Shown: one piece after another, positions 1 to 11,900 of the stretch
Layout of the letters: the number at the start of each line of letters is the position of its first letter
How positions within the stretch are numbered: position 1 is the stretch's first letter
Assembly: GCA_964187785.1 (NCBI GenBank)
Contig: OZ076414.1
Coordinates: 16,244,001 to 16,308,000, forward strand
Length of the DNA: 64,000 bases
Source: Amphiscolops sp. MND2022
Taxonomy: Eukaryota
Reading direction: 5' to 3'
Notes under the pieces: generated by a model
The model's input: only the letters and a program-made list of their open reading frames with translations
The model's database searches: none
Told to the model about the DNA's origin: nothing
Translations under genes and position numbers: made by a program

Positions 1-32
1 TTAAACCAAATTTACATACGGAATTTACCGAA

Positions 33-2144
33 ATGGACCGAGACAATTTCCATCATTGGGGCGCTACACGTGAGATCATGGAGATAATACGGAGACGAAA
101 CAACAGCCCTGAGACAAGCAGACTAGTGGAGCAAAGAAGCACACTATCAAGACCCGGAACCCTACGACGCAGATTTGACCACCAAACCCAACGGACAGTA
201 TTTGTCCCAACTCGCCCGAACAAGAGAAGCAGAGAAGAAATAGCCGAAATCGATGCAGAGCTATTACGGCGAGCCAATCGACTGGGAGGTGGATATCATC
301 CGATAAACCTCGAAGAAGAAGAAACCGAAGAAATGCGAGAAGAAGGAGAAGTAGAGACTGCCGAAACCGAAGAGGACAGTGTAATAATGCGAGGCGACCA
401 CTTACCGATCGTAGACCTCAGCAAGTATAACACAGACGGGAAAGAAGCAAAATGTATTCAAATCAACCACATTGTCGGCAAACTCACCGCAAACAAAAAA
501 GTAACTGAAGACCACATAAAGAAAGCCGAGTTCGATTTCATGATGGACCTAAAAACGATGATAGCGAAGACCGCCATAGATCCTGAACTGACCCGAGTCA
601 GAACCAGCATGCGGAGAGAAGACCGCGAAACAATTCCGGGCGGATATCGGACAGTTTTTGACAAGCTGTCAATTAGATGGGGCCTGGTCTTTGTCGATGA
701 CCAAATAGTAATCCCAATCGACCTCAGACGCCGCCTATTGGAGATACTACATTTCGGCCACTCCAGAATAACGAAGATGATGTCCGAAGCAAAATATTCT
801 GGTGGCCGGACATGAAGAAGGACATCGAAAATAAAGTACAAGACTGTACAGCATGCCTCGCATCAGGTAAAAACCTTAAATACCAATTACCGAAAAAATA
901 TTACGGAAAACTAGAAAAACTATCCGAACCGGGACACGAAATTCAAATTGATATTACCAGAAAATTACATAATAAACATTTACACGGCGAAAAAAAGATA
1001 CTGATTGCGGTTGATAGATTTAGGGCCGACCGTAAAAATTTGTAAATCAGGGAAACGAAAGAAGTGATAAACTTCTTAACAAGTAAGTTTAATCTATACG
1101 GAATTGCGGAGAAAATAAAATCAGACAAAGGCGGAGCATTTATATCGAAAGAATACCGAGAATTTTGCAAAATTCGAAACATCGAAAATGAATACTGTAC
1201 ACCCCGAATGCATACGGGAAACGGAGCAGTGGAAAGAGCAATACAAACGCTCAAAAATCTAATAATAGCAAACCTGGAAGACGGAATAGGCATAACCGAA
1301 AGCGTAAATAGAGCGTTACGGGTTTTGCGATTTACAATACATACCGGTCTGAAAATAACACCGTTTGAACTACACCACGGTAGAAAACCGAGAACCGAAT
1401 TAACAACCATTGTTAAAGATGGAAAAAACATAATTGGTCAGAAATGCCTATTTCAGCACCAATCACACCCAAAATACCAATCTATGTGGGCCGCGATGCG
1501 GATGGAGAGATTACCAATCATATGGTAATGGCGAAGACAAAAGCGGAGGAAAAACAACTTACCGAAAACCAAAAATCTCCAAAGAAGAAAAATTCGGTTA
1601 GATATCCATTCAAATTTGTTGAAAAAAATTGCAACAAAAAATCTTGGAAGGGAGATTCCAAAATAAAATACAAACCGCAGTTAGCGGAACCGAAAGTACT
1701 ATAAAAACAGATACCGGAAAAATAATAAACCGGAAATTTGTTTCGCGACCATTGTTTCAGACCGAAAGAAAAGCCAGAAAAGAACCGGCAATCAACACAA
1801 GCGGAGAGATAAACCCCAAAAACAGACACTGCTTGAGGGGTTTGAACGGGAAATATGGCCGATGGGACGAGATCATACGGGACATCCTGAACGGCAAATT
1901 AAAAATCGTACAAAATCCGAAACAACCGGAAAGTGAGACCGAAGACGAAGATGACGACGACGAAGAGATGCCGGAAGAAACCGGAACGCCAATAAAGGTA
2001 TATGACACTTCTGAACGCAACGGAAGCTACGTACCGATCCGAACTAGTCCGGAAGAAGACGCTCTACAAGTCTACACCGATGGAGAAACGACGGGTGAGA
2101 ATTTAGAAAACCAAAACCAAATGAGACGATCAAACCCGAAATAG
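33..2144 (+). mobile_element. Ty3/Gypsy pol 3' half (end of RNase H region, integrase), frameshifted remnant
   Basis: ORFs 33-815, 812-1045 and 1064-1528 give the integrase H2C2 finger (LHFGH...CTAC), core motifs IKSDKGGAF, YCTPRMHTGNGAVERAIQTLK and TPFELHHGRKPRT; several frame breaks. Confidence 0.9.
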
Positions 2145-2343
2145 TAAAAAACCGAGTAGATACGGTAGCATACCTTATACCGGAAATTTTTGGGGTTAGA
2201 ACAACCGGGTGTAATAAATCATATGTATATTACAGGAAACTTGTGGAACAGGCACAAAGGAACACCTCTACCCGAGAAGGTCCAGAAGCCATCCGATTTC
2301 TTTCCCGAAGAGAATATACCCCCAGGACCATCAAGCCAGAACT

Positions 2344-2376
2344 GAGAAGAAAGAGGGGGAAATGTTATATTCGGTT
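2344..2376 (+). repeat. Polypurine tract followed by the first 14 nt of a 3' LTR
   Basis: GAGAAGAAAGAGGGGGAAA (2344-2362) is directly followed by TGTTATATTCGGTT (2363-2376), downstream of the integrase. Confidence 0.75.
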
Positions 2377-3789
2377 GATTTTATAATTCTTTCGTCGGGT
2401 GGCATAATTGAAATGGGTGATCCGGTGTCAATTATGAATTCTTTCTTTACCCCATTAACTCGTACTACCGCTGTAAAGTGTTTGTTCATTTCGTTTATCT
2501 TCTTGATTTCTTTTATGTGGTGTATGCTCTCGTGTGGCTGTAAATGGGTGGAATTTTTCTGGTCGAAAGGACAGAGGTCGAACCTTTTGATCGAAATGCT
2601 GGGATCGATTGGAATGCGGTCGAATTTTATCGTATTTCTTTTATGGCTCGGTCGCTTGGCTCCCTTCGCCAAGTAGCAACATTGAGGCATGGCCATATGG
2701 CACGTCGCTCCGCTTCGCTTCGCTCCTGCATTCAAGGCACTAGGGGTATGTGAACATATCTGACTATCTATAAAAATTTCGATCCGAGTTGTTTCGATCC
2801 CATTCAAAAAATTTGGTATGTCGACCTGAGGATTAACTCTGATTTTCCATCCCGTTCCTTCGACCTATTTCCGCCCACCCAATGCTCTCGTCTGATTCGC
2901 TTGTTGATTCGTCCGGTTCGTTCATTTCTTCTTCGGTTAGTCTTTTCACTGTTCGGTTGTTATTGAATTTCTGTCTGCATGCTTTTGCGTAATGTCCTTT
3001 CTTTCCGCATTTGCTGCAGTTCGCTTCTAGTGCGGGACATTTGGGCATCGGTGCCCAGTTTGGAGCATTGCAAAATCTGCATGTACGGTTTCCGTAGTTT
3101 TTATTTTTCGGTCTGGTACCGAATCGTTCCATTCTTTGTATTGGTTCTTCCTTTATCATGTGTTTTTCTTTTGTTGATAACAAAGCTTTCGGTATTTTGT
3201 TCTTTTTATTCTTTTTCTCGTATGTAAATTGTTTTATCAGCTCGATTATTTTCTTCAGTTCCAGCCTTTTTTCCTTCATTATTTTGTCCCGTCGTTTTTT
3301 ATCGGTGATTGCGGTCATGTATTTTGATACCAACAATTCTTCGGCTGATATTGCATTGAAGTTACACTCTTTTTCGATTTCAATTAGTCGTCTCCAGAAT
3401 TCCTCCGGTGTCTCGTCTTCAGTTTGCTTTGCCCAAAAGAAGTCGCCTCGGTTGTGGTAAATGTTTCTTTTCGGCATGTAGAATTCGGTGAATAACCGGA
3501 TTAGGTTCTTCACTTTTATACTGTCGGGTTCCATTTTATATTCGGCCTTGGTTATTTGGTATAGTGCTTCCGGTCCCACTCCCCATATGAAATCTTCTTG
3601 TACGGCTTGTTCTTTTCCGTTCCAATTTGCGTCCGTAATATTTTCTCCTTTCAGTAATGGGGTAATATCGTTTTTGTGTTCCCGTTTGCAAAACTCCCGG
3701 AACCTTTCAAGCCATTGTCTCGGTGTAAATACTGGGTTTCCGTCTGTGGCTTTTGTTTCTAGGTTTGGGACGGTATTTCTTTCAGCCAT
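2377..3789 (-). pseudogene. Ty3/Gypsy gag-protease, interrupted by an insertion and truncated in the protease
   Basis: ORF 2833-3789 has zinc knuckles (CRFCNAPN..., CSKCGKKGHYAKAC); ORF 2331-2807 has aspartic protease IIDTGSPISI. Removing 2533-2881 plus one 9-bp duplication (358 nt) restores one frame (...ESDESIHHIKE...). Confidence 0.9.
2533..2881. mobile_element. 349-bp non-autonomous insertion with a 9-bp target-site duplication
   Basis: ATGCTCTCG at 2524-2532 and 2882-2890; weakly inverted ends (TGGGTGG...GGTCGAA); a partial inverted copy lies at about 4028-4150. Confidence 0.7.
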
Positions 3790-3822
3790 TTTTTTCCGTT
3801 ATGAAGGGTTTAAAAATCGGCT

Positions 3823-4027
3823 GACTGCGCCATGTTCTATTCTAGGGATATAGGTTAAGAGAAAAGGAAATTGTTAAAAGAGATAGATCTATGTTTGTAT
3901 CACTGTACTGTAACCAAAACAAAAGTATAAATGTATGTATGGTATGAGAGTCTATTTAGAGTTTGTTGGTAAACAACTAGCTTCTAGGCTACGTGGAATC
4001 AGGTCTAATGAAATAGATCTAAGAGAG
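3823..4027 (-). repeat. Primer-binding site (tRNA-Ser-like) and U5 end of a 5' LTR
   Basis: Minus strand reads ...CCCTAGAATAGAACA then TGGCGCAGTC (plus 3823-3832), upstream of gag. The LTR end is an imperfect inverted repeat of TGTTATATTC at 2363. The upper boundary is approximate. Confidence 0.7.
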
Positions 4028-4728
4028 GGGCGGAAATAGGTCGAAGGAACGGGATCGAAAATCGAGTAAGTCTCAGGTCGACATACCAAATTTTTGAATG
4101 GGATCGAAACAACTCTGATCGAAATTTTTATAACGTAGTCAGATATGTTCGTTATATTCGGTTCATACCGGCTTGACCTCTACCGTAAATTCGGATACCA
4201 GCAGTCAACAATATCACAATATGAGTGAAGTGAGTTAGTAGCGACTTCTTTGACATTATCATGCATACTGGGAATGGCATCTTTAATCAATTGAGGAATG
4301 AGATCAGAAATAGAAGATAATTTTTCATGAAAGTCATTAAACACACAACTTAACCTCGGTTGGGTTAGATGAGCTATCCTGAAAGACATCATAATTCCAT
4401 TGAACGTTTGGTTTTGATCCAAGCCAGGTCACATCCTCCAGGGAGAGTTTGACTCAGTCTCCGTGAAACCAACAGTTGCAGGAGAGAACCAATTGCCGAT
4501 GAATCTGAATCTTTGACCAGCTTCTTGTGGGCTCCGCATTTGACTTGACTTTGAGTTTAATCGGGTATAGTTTGGGAGATTAACCATACATTCAATATGA
4601 AACCATTCAATAATCAACAATAGCAAGTCTCGTTTTTTGTCGTTGATAGCTCGTACAAACTCATGATTGTTAGGGCTCGGGCATTGTTCAGCCCGCTGTC
4701 GGTGTGTAACATGTGCTTCCATTTTCAG

Positions 4729-4860
4729 ATGGAAGATGAAGAGTTGCGCCGTATAACCAATACCTTCCTACCAGTGTTCACGAAACATGGCATTAGCTCA
4801 TCTTTCATAGATTGCGCTTATTGCCACTACCGAGAACTCTCTGAAAATTATGATATTCAA
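4729..4860 (+). CDS. RBL1/RBL2: RBL-like coding exon 1 (MEDEELRR...SENYDIQ)
   Basis: TTTTCAG acceptor immediately before the ATG, GTTAGT donor, phase 0; resembles p130 ...YRSMSESYTLE. A further upstream exon is implied. Confidence 0.8.
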
Positions 4861-5563
4861 GTTAGTTGCCAGTGATTGCTTTCTATTTTTTTGGTAATTT
4901 CCTTGTATATTAATTTTCGCGTTTAATTTTCGGTGTGTTTGCAATATGCAAGAAGACACCGACTTTGGAAAGTAGATACCCTTGTTTAGCGTTCACGCCG
5001 CGTGATGACGAAAATTTCGTGTTTTCGAACTTTCATCTGCCACGTTTGCAAACCGTCATTCAAGCATATTTTTGAGGAGTACTTCAACTTAATTTGGTTT
5101 TTTGAACGATAGGCTGAACCCAAAGGTGCTCCTGTGTGCACAATGACATCAAAATCTTATGACTGGGATCTGAGAAACATAGCCAAAAATGACAATAAAG
5201 TTGGTAATTATGTTTTTCAATATTTTAATCCGTTTGGGACTCCTTTAGTGCACATGCGGCTCTTGTTTCTTTATAATCTCAATTAGAAAAAAAATCTTAT
5301 TGTTCAAAGGGTCAAAGTCAGTTTTAAAATCTTGGCTCTTTGTGAGCCTCAAGCTGGGAGACGTCCTTAGTTCTTCCAATTTTGTTGTGATTGCTCTGAT
5401 AATTTACGTTTTTCCTCATCTAAAGTTTTTCCCCAGGCGATTTTTTCTATTACCTAAAAATGGATTTCGTTTCGCTACAAATACGCCATGCTAGATAGAA
5501 GTTAAGAACTAAATCGAAATCAGTTTCCTAATCGAAGCACTGTTACCGGAAATTTTTTTGCAG

Positions 5564-5670
5564 GGTGACGTTGAATTATGGATGAGCTGCGCTCTGTACG
5601 AGCAGTACAAAGGAACTTCCGAATTTGGAGCTCTCTTCCTGGATCAAATACTGAAGTGTGCTCAAATAAG
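5564..5670 (+). CDS. RBL1/RBL2: RBL-like exon 2 (GDVELWMSCALY...ILKCAQI)
   Basis: TTTTGCAG acceptor, GTTTGA donor; matches GNDLHWLACALY...RILKCS; phase 0 to 2. Confidence 0.9.
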
Positions 5671-6117
5671 GTTTGATTTTTAGCCATGTTAGCGTTAAAA
5701 AGACAAATTTTAAGAGACCTACTAACCCCCAATCAAAGAGGTCGACCTTGAAAACAAACTTAAGGATCACGATGTTTTCGATGTACACAAATAGATTTTT
5801 ATAGAATCAAAACGTACATAACTTGTATGAAATCGTGTGGAAATAGCTAAACTCGTGAGCCGTGTATTTATTTTCGTTGTCGCTGCTGAAATGCCAAAAA
5901 TCCTGAGGGAATGATACATAAAAGGGGTCTAGTACGTTTTCTCGCTTTATAACGAGGAGGGTTAAAAGGTTCTCCACAAAATGAGTTCAATTTGGAATGT
6001 CAATATTGCAGTCTTATATTCATTAGAAAGAAATTTAATGTTTCTCATGTTAATGTTTTCTCATGTTATGAAACTGATATTTCATCGTTTTTGAATAATG
6101 CCGAGCTTTTGACATTG

Positions 6118-6631
6118 GTTCGAACCAGTGAATTGACTCGTGTACTGAAAACCGTGTATCATGTGTTTCGTATACTTTCCCATAAAGCATCGGTATCGTG
6201 TACGGAAAAGCATCGTGTACGGTACCGTGTATCGACTGTAAAAAAAGCTTATGAAAATTCACTCAGAAAACGCATTTAACAGTCTTTTCCAAATTCGTTG
6301 GTAAAAGCCCTTTTCGTCTGTCTCAAATTACGAAGAGAAAACATACTTTCCACTGAGACAGAACTGGTCCGAATGGCCTGAACTAGATGCTTGATACATT
6401 GTTCCAGTTCCTTTTCGCCAGAATGTCAGGATCATTTCCCTTTCCCATTTTTTGTACGCTAGCGAGCGAAGGCCGAGTAACTTTTATGCTCATTTCGGAA
6501 GCCGATGAAATTGCTTCATTTTCTCGTGTAAATCATGTATTTTGAGTAAATCGGTAGTTCGTGTAACGGTACCAGAAAATTCGTGTATTCCGGTACGGTA
6601 CATGTACCGGCGTCAATTCACTGGTTCGAAC
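6118..6631. mobile_element. MITE with 20-bp terminal inverted repeats
   Basis: GTTCGAACCAGTGAATTGAC (6118-6137) and its exact reverse complement (6612-6631); CGTGTA-rich subterminal repeats; TSD unresolved. Confidence 0.7.
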
Positions 6632-6655
6632 GTTGGTTATGTCCATAATTGTTAT

Positions 6656-6800
6656 AATAAGCCGGGATCTGCCTAAGTCGGTGCCCGCTTAAGGCTCAAA
6701 AAGCGCAATTTTTTTAAAAGGCTTCCGTGCTATTGAAGATTTTCCTTAACTGAATACAATAAAAGACCAAGAGGGGGACCTAATGAGAAATTTCAAAAAA
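6656..6800 (-). mobile_element. Helentron/DINE-1-like element, 3' end fragment in reverse orientation
   Basis: Reverse complement GGGCACCGACTTAGGCAGATCCCGGCTTATT matches the family 3' terminus GGCGCCGACTTGGGCCGTTCCCGGCTTGTT. Confidence 0.5.
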
Positions 6801-7159
6801 ATTCAAAGGTGGGCCCTTTGCTACTGTCCATACTTGTAATGTTCTCCTAGATACATTTTATTTAGACTTACCTGACGATATGAAACCTTTGAAAAAGTTG
6901 AAAAAATGAACAAACGAGTGAACACAACTATTTGAGGCTGTAGAGAAGAAAAGTCACGCAATTGTTCAAATGTAATAATTTCGAAAAGTGTCATATTTTC
7001 TAAAAAGTCTCATATTGGGACCGAATAGTACCAGGAACCACTGTTAATAACTCTTCTCAGAAAACTGTGCATTATTTCCCTTGCGGAGTTCCGTGGACGC
7101 TGAGCCTTTCCAATCGGAGAAAGCTTTCCCTGTAGTGAATGTTTTTATATATTGTTCAG

Positions 7160-7345
7160 TTTTCCCGATTTCTTCAACAAGATGAAGAATTGGATGGAAA
7201 TGTCGGGATCGTTGTCAGTTTTTCGTGAACATATTCTGGCTCTGGAGCAGAACTTCAATGTGAACATGGTTCTGTTTTGCAAGTACCGCTCAATATTCAG
7301 TGACCTTTTTGCCCTGAACTCAACTGTATCCTGTCACCTTTCTGC
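7160..7345 (+). CDS. RBL1/RBL2: RBL-like exon 3 (FPDFFNKMKNWMEM...CHLS)
   Basis: TTCAG acceptor, GTTAGT donor; matches p107 LIQFFSKMKKWMDM...LERNF; phase 2 to 2. Confidence 0.9.
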
Positions 7346-7393
7346 GTTAGTATCTATTTTATTATATGACTTAGAAACCTTATTTTGACCATG

Positions 7394-7901
7394 CAGGGAT
7401 GGACGATATCTATCCATGATATATATCATTGATATATATCACGATATCTATCCGATATTTATTTAATAAATATCATGATATATATCAGAATTAACCGTTA
7501 CAGAATATTTTGAGGTAGAAATGGGACGAAAACAGGCCCATTTTTTTGCTAAAAATTTGAACGAACTCAAAAACAAGGCAACAGTGGGACTTGGGCAATT
7601 CGCAAACTTTGTAGAGCAGGAATGCAGGGTATTCCCGAAAGAATGTCAAAGCACATTGACGCATGCGAAAGTGAATGTCCTCCAAAGGTCCATCGAAATC
7701 GAATGAGCAACGAAAAGGCGTCCAAACTATTGTTTTGTTTTAAGACATTGAATAAAACGATTGATTGAATCATTACTGAAAAAAATTCATTTTTGAAATG
7801 AAACACTCTTTTTTAAAAATATCAAAAATATCAAGCAAAAAAAAGGAAAATATCCGATATTTTTGATATTTATATAAATATCGGATATTTTTCCATCCCT
7901 G
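7394..7901. mobile_element. hAT-type MITE
   Basis: TIRs CAGGGATGGA / TCCATCCCTG; perfect 8-bp TSD TGACCATG (7386-7393, 7902-7909). Confidence 0.9.
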
Positions 7902-8265
7902 TGACCATGTAAGGCAGTGCACGTTGTTGTATGAATCTCCAGGGGTTTTCAAAGGAAAAGTTCAATTGATCACCAATCACGTTCCAGTTCATTTTTTTCG
8001 AGGCATGAAGTTTGTGGCAATTATTTGGCCATCGAATTATAAAACCTGCCCAACATGTCAAATTAGGGGATATAGTTGAACATGGAAGGAATGCTACCTA
8101 TGAACTTTATAATTGACTAATTACTGAAATTTATATTTTCCGGAAGATTTCAACCCGAGAGACATCAGATTGTGTCATTTGAGGGTGAAATCTAGATACT
8201 TCGTAAACTTTTCCCGAGCCAAAAGTTGTCATTGAATTTCATTTGTAAAGTAACTGCTTTTTCAG

Positions 8266-8324
8266 AGGTATCAGTCTGGACGAATTGTTCGAGTTTATCT
8301 GGCTTCTGCATATCCGGATAAAAG
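8266..8324 (+). CDS. RBL1/RBL2: RBL-like exon 4 (GISLDELFEFIWLLHIRIK)
   Basis: TTTTTCAG acceptor, GTGAGG donor; matches CSVKDLFNFCWTLFVYTKG; phase 2 to 1. Confidence 0.88.
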
Positions 8325-8562
8325 GTGAGGCTGACTTCAAGTTTGATGACAGTGTTTTTCCTATCAAATGCTGCTGAATGTTCAAACCTTGTCGGTTATA
8401 AAATGAAGGAAAATCTGACCGACTTCTTATTCTTCAAAACTTGGGCCGCATTTTGAATTCATAGATAGAAATCGTTTCAGATTTAGGAGCCGTGAATCTT
8501 TTTGAGGTGCCCGAATGTTCCTGAAGACTTTTCATGATCTATCGGATGAATTTTTGTTTCAG

Positions 8563-8688
8563 CGTCATTAAGTGGTATCAGAGAGGATCTTGTGAACTGT
8601 TACCAATTGTTAATCTGCTGCGTGGACCTCGTGTACACCAATGTAGTCCAATGCAACAGACAGGATCTTCTGAATCTACAGTTTCCAG
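8563..8688 (+). CDS. RBL1/RBL2: RBL-like exon 5 (REDLVNCYQLLICCVDLVYTNVVQCNRQDLLNLQFP)
   Basis: TGTTTCAG acceptor; strong match to DDLVNSYHLLLCCLDL...NRQDLLNPSFK; the donor is non-canonical GCAAGT; phase 1 to 1. Confidence 0.9.
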
Positions 8689-8919
8689 GCAAGTTCTTGA
8701 AAACAGTCCCTCATTATAAATGAAATCAGACACGGTTTTAGGACAATGTTTTTGCGTCTTCACGTGATCGTCATTACGATAGCTCTTCCGAAGTTTTGAA
8801 TCCATTCCTTCGTTGCTCAACGAACGCGTAGTTTATCTCGATCTTCTTAGTTCTTTTTCTGCAAAGATGAGTCAGAAGTTGTGAACCGTCTGTAGTTTTG
8901 AAAATCCGGGCACATCGGA

Positions 8920-11900
8920 GTTACAAGATCCTTTTTAGAGCACTTCAACTTCTATTCCTTGAACCGAAGGCTGCAAGGTGCTGGAAAAATTGTATCGTCA
9001 TTCAGCTTTGTGCTGACATGGAGCTACAATAGAGAAATGTCACTATCTCAAACCGAGGTAGTTTTTTCTGATTCCTTCTTATAATATCCATGTTTCTGTG
9101 AGCACTTCAAATTCTTCTGTTCTTCAAACTGAAGGCTGCAAGGTGCCGAAAATATTGTATCTCCGTTCAGCTTTGTTCTGACTTGGAGCTACAACAACTT
9201 AACTGGGTTCTTTTGTATTATGCAGCTTCCTATCAATTTCCTGTCATTGAACAGTTCCTTCTAATTTGTTTCGTATATAAATGAGCATTTGGCAAAAATA
9301 GATTATCTGTCTTGACTGATTCCAAGTGGTATCCATATAAAAAATGCCACGATCTCAAACCGAGGTAGTTTTGTCTTCCTGATTTCTCCTTACAAGATCC
9401 ATGTTTCTGTGAGCACTTCAAATTCTTCTGTTCTTCGAACTGAAGGCTGCAAGGTGCCGAAAATATTGTATCTCCGTTCAGCTTTGTTCTGACTTGGAGC
9501 TACAACAACTTAACTGGGTTCTTTTGTATTATGCAGTTTCCTATCATTTTCCTGTCATTGAGCAGTTCCTTCTAATTTGTTTCGTATATAAATGAGTATT
9601 TGGCAAAAATAGATTATCTGTCTTGACTGATTCCACGTGGTATCCATATAAAAATGCCCCGATCTCAAACCGAGGTAGTTTTGTCTTCCTGATTTCTCCT
9701 TACAAGATCCATGTTCCTGTGAGCACTTCAAATTCTTCTGTTCTTTGAACCGAAGGCTGCAAGGTGCCGAAAATCTTGTATCTCCGTTCAGCTTTGTTCT
9801 GACTTGGAGCTACAACAACTTAACTGGGTTCTTTTGTATTATGCAGCTTCCTATCAATTTCCTGTCATTGAGCAGTTCCTTCTAATTTGTTTCGTATATA
9901 AATGAGTATATGACAAAAATAGATTATCTGTCTTGACTGATTCCAAGTGGTATCCATATAAAAAATGCCACGATCTCAAACCGAGGTAGTTTTGTCTTCA
10001 TGATTTCTCCTTACAAGATCCATGTTTCTGTGAGCACTTCAAATTCTTCTGTTCTTCGAACTGAAGGCTGCAAGGTGGCGAAAATATTGTATCTCCGTTC
10101 AGCTTTGTTCTGACTTGGAGCTACAACAACTTAACTGGGTTCTTTTGTATTATGCAGTTTCCTATCAATTTCCTGTCATTGAGCAGTTCCTTCTAATTTG
10201 TGTCGTATATAAATGAGTATTTGGCAAAAATAGATTATCTGTCCTGACTGATTCCACGTGGTATCCATATAAAAATTCCACGATCTCAAACCGATGTAGT
10301 TTTGTCTTCCTGATTTCTCCTTACAAGATCCATGTTTCTGTGAGCACTTCAAATTCTTCTGTTCTTCGAACTGAAGGCTGCAAGGTGCCGAAAATACTGT
10401 ATCTCCGTTCAGCTTTGTTCTGACTTGGAGCTACAACAACTTAACTGGGTTCTTTTGTATTATGCAGTTTCCTATCATTTTCCTGTCATTGAGCAGTTCC
10501 TTCTAATTTGTTTCGTATATAAATGAGTATTTGGCAAAAATAGATTATCTGTCTGGACTGATTCCACGTGGTATCCATATAAAAATGCCCCGATCTCAAA
10601 CCGAGGTAGTTTTGTCTTCCTGATTTCTCCTTACAAGATCCATGTTCCTGTGAGCACTTCAAATTCTTCTGTTCTTTGAACCGAAGGCTGCAAGGTGCCG
10701 AAAATATTGTATCTCCGTTCAGCTTTGTTCTGACTTGGAGCTACAACAACTTAACTGGGTTCTTTTGTATTATGCAGCTTCCTATCAATTTCCTGTCATT
10801 GAGCAGTTCCTTCTAATTTGTTTCGTATATAAATGAGTATATGACAAAAATAGATTATCTGTCTTGACTGATTCCAAGTGGTATCCATATAAAAAATGCC
10901 ACGATCTCAAACCGAGGTAGTTTTGTCTTCATGATTTCTCCTTACAAGATCCATGTTTCTGTGAGCACTTCAAATTCTTCTGTTCTTCGAACTGAAGGCT
11001 GCAAGGTGCCGAAAATATTGTATCTCCGTTCAGCTTTGTTCTGACTTGGAGCTACAACAACTTAACTGGGTTCTTTTGTATTATGCAGTTTCCTATCATT
11101 TTCCTGTCATTGAGCAGTTCCTTCTAATTTGTTTCGTATATAAATGAGTATTTGGCAAAAATAGATTATCTGTCTTGACTGATTCCACGTGGTATCCATA
11201 TAAAAATGCCCCGATCTCAAACCGAGGTAGTTTTGTCTTCCTGATTTCTCCTTACAAGATCCATGTTCCTGTGAGCACTTCAAATTCTTCTGTTCTTTGA
11301 ACCGAAGGCTGCAAGGTGCCGAAAATATTGTATCTCCGTTCAGCTTTGTTCTGACTTGGAGCTACAACAACTTAACTGGGTTCTTTTGTATTATGCAGCT
11401 TCCTATCAATTTCCTGTCATTGAGCAGTTCCTTCTAATTTGTTTCGTATATAAATGAGTATATGACAAAAATAGATTATCTGTCTTGACTGATTCCAAGT
11501 GGTATCCATATAAAAAATGCCACGATCTCAAACCGAGGTAGTTTTGTCTTCATGATTTCTCCTTACAAGATCCATGTTTCTGTGAGCACTTCAAATTCTT
11601 CTGTTCTTCGAACTGAAGGCTGCAAGGTGCCGAAAATATTGTATCTCCGTTCAGCTTTGTTCTGACTTGGAGCTACAACAACTTAACTGGGTTCTTTTGT
11701 ATTATGCAGCTTCCTATCAATTTCCTGTCATTGAACAGTTCCTTCTAATTTGTTTCGTATATAAATGAGCATTTGGCAAAAATAGATTATCTGTCTTGAC
11801 TGATTCCAAGTGGTTTCCATATAAAAAATGCCACGATCTCAAACCGAGGTAGTTTTGTCTTCCTGATTTCTCCTTACAAGATCCATGTTTCTGTGAGCAC

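Noticed and set aside
4180-4722. Two minus-strand ORFs in one frame separated by a single TGA (possible selenoprotein or readthrough)
   Set aside because: No recognisable domain, no Cys/Sec motif or SECIS seen, and it overlaps the acceptor region of the Rb-like exon 1; most likely chance.
5113-5203. Extra Rb exon (AG...GT bounded open frame)
   Set aside because: 91 nt would shift the frame between exons 1 and 2, which already join in phase and match homologues.
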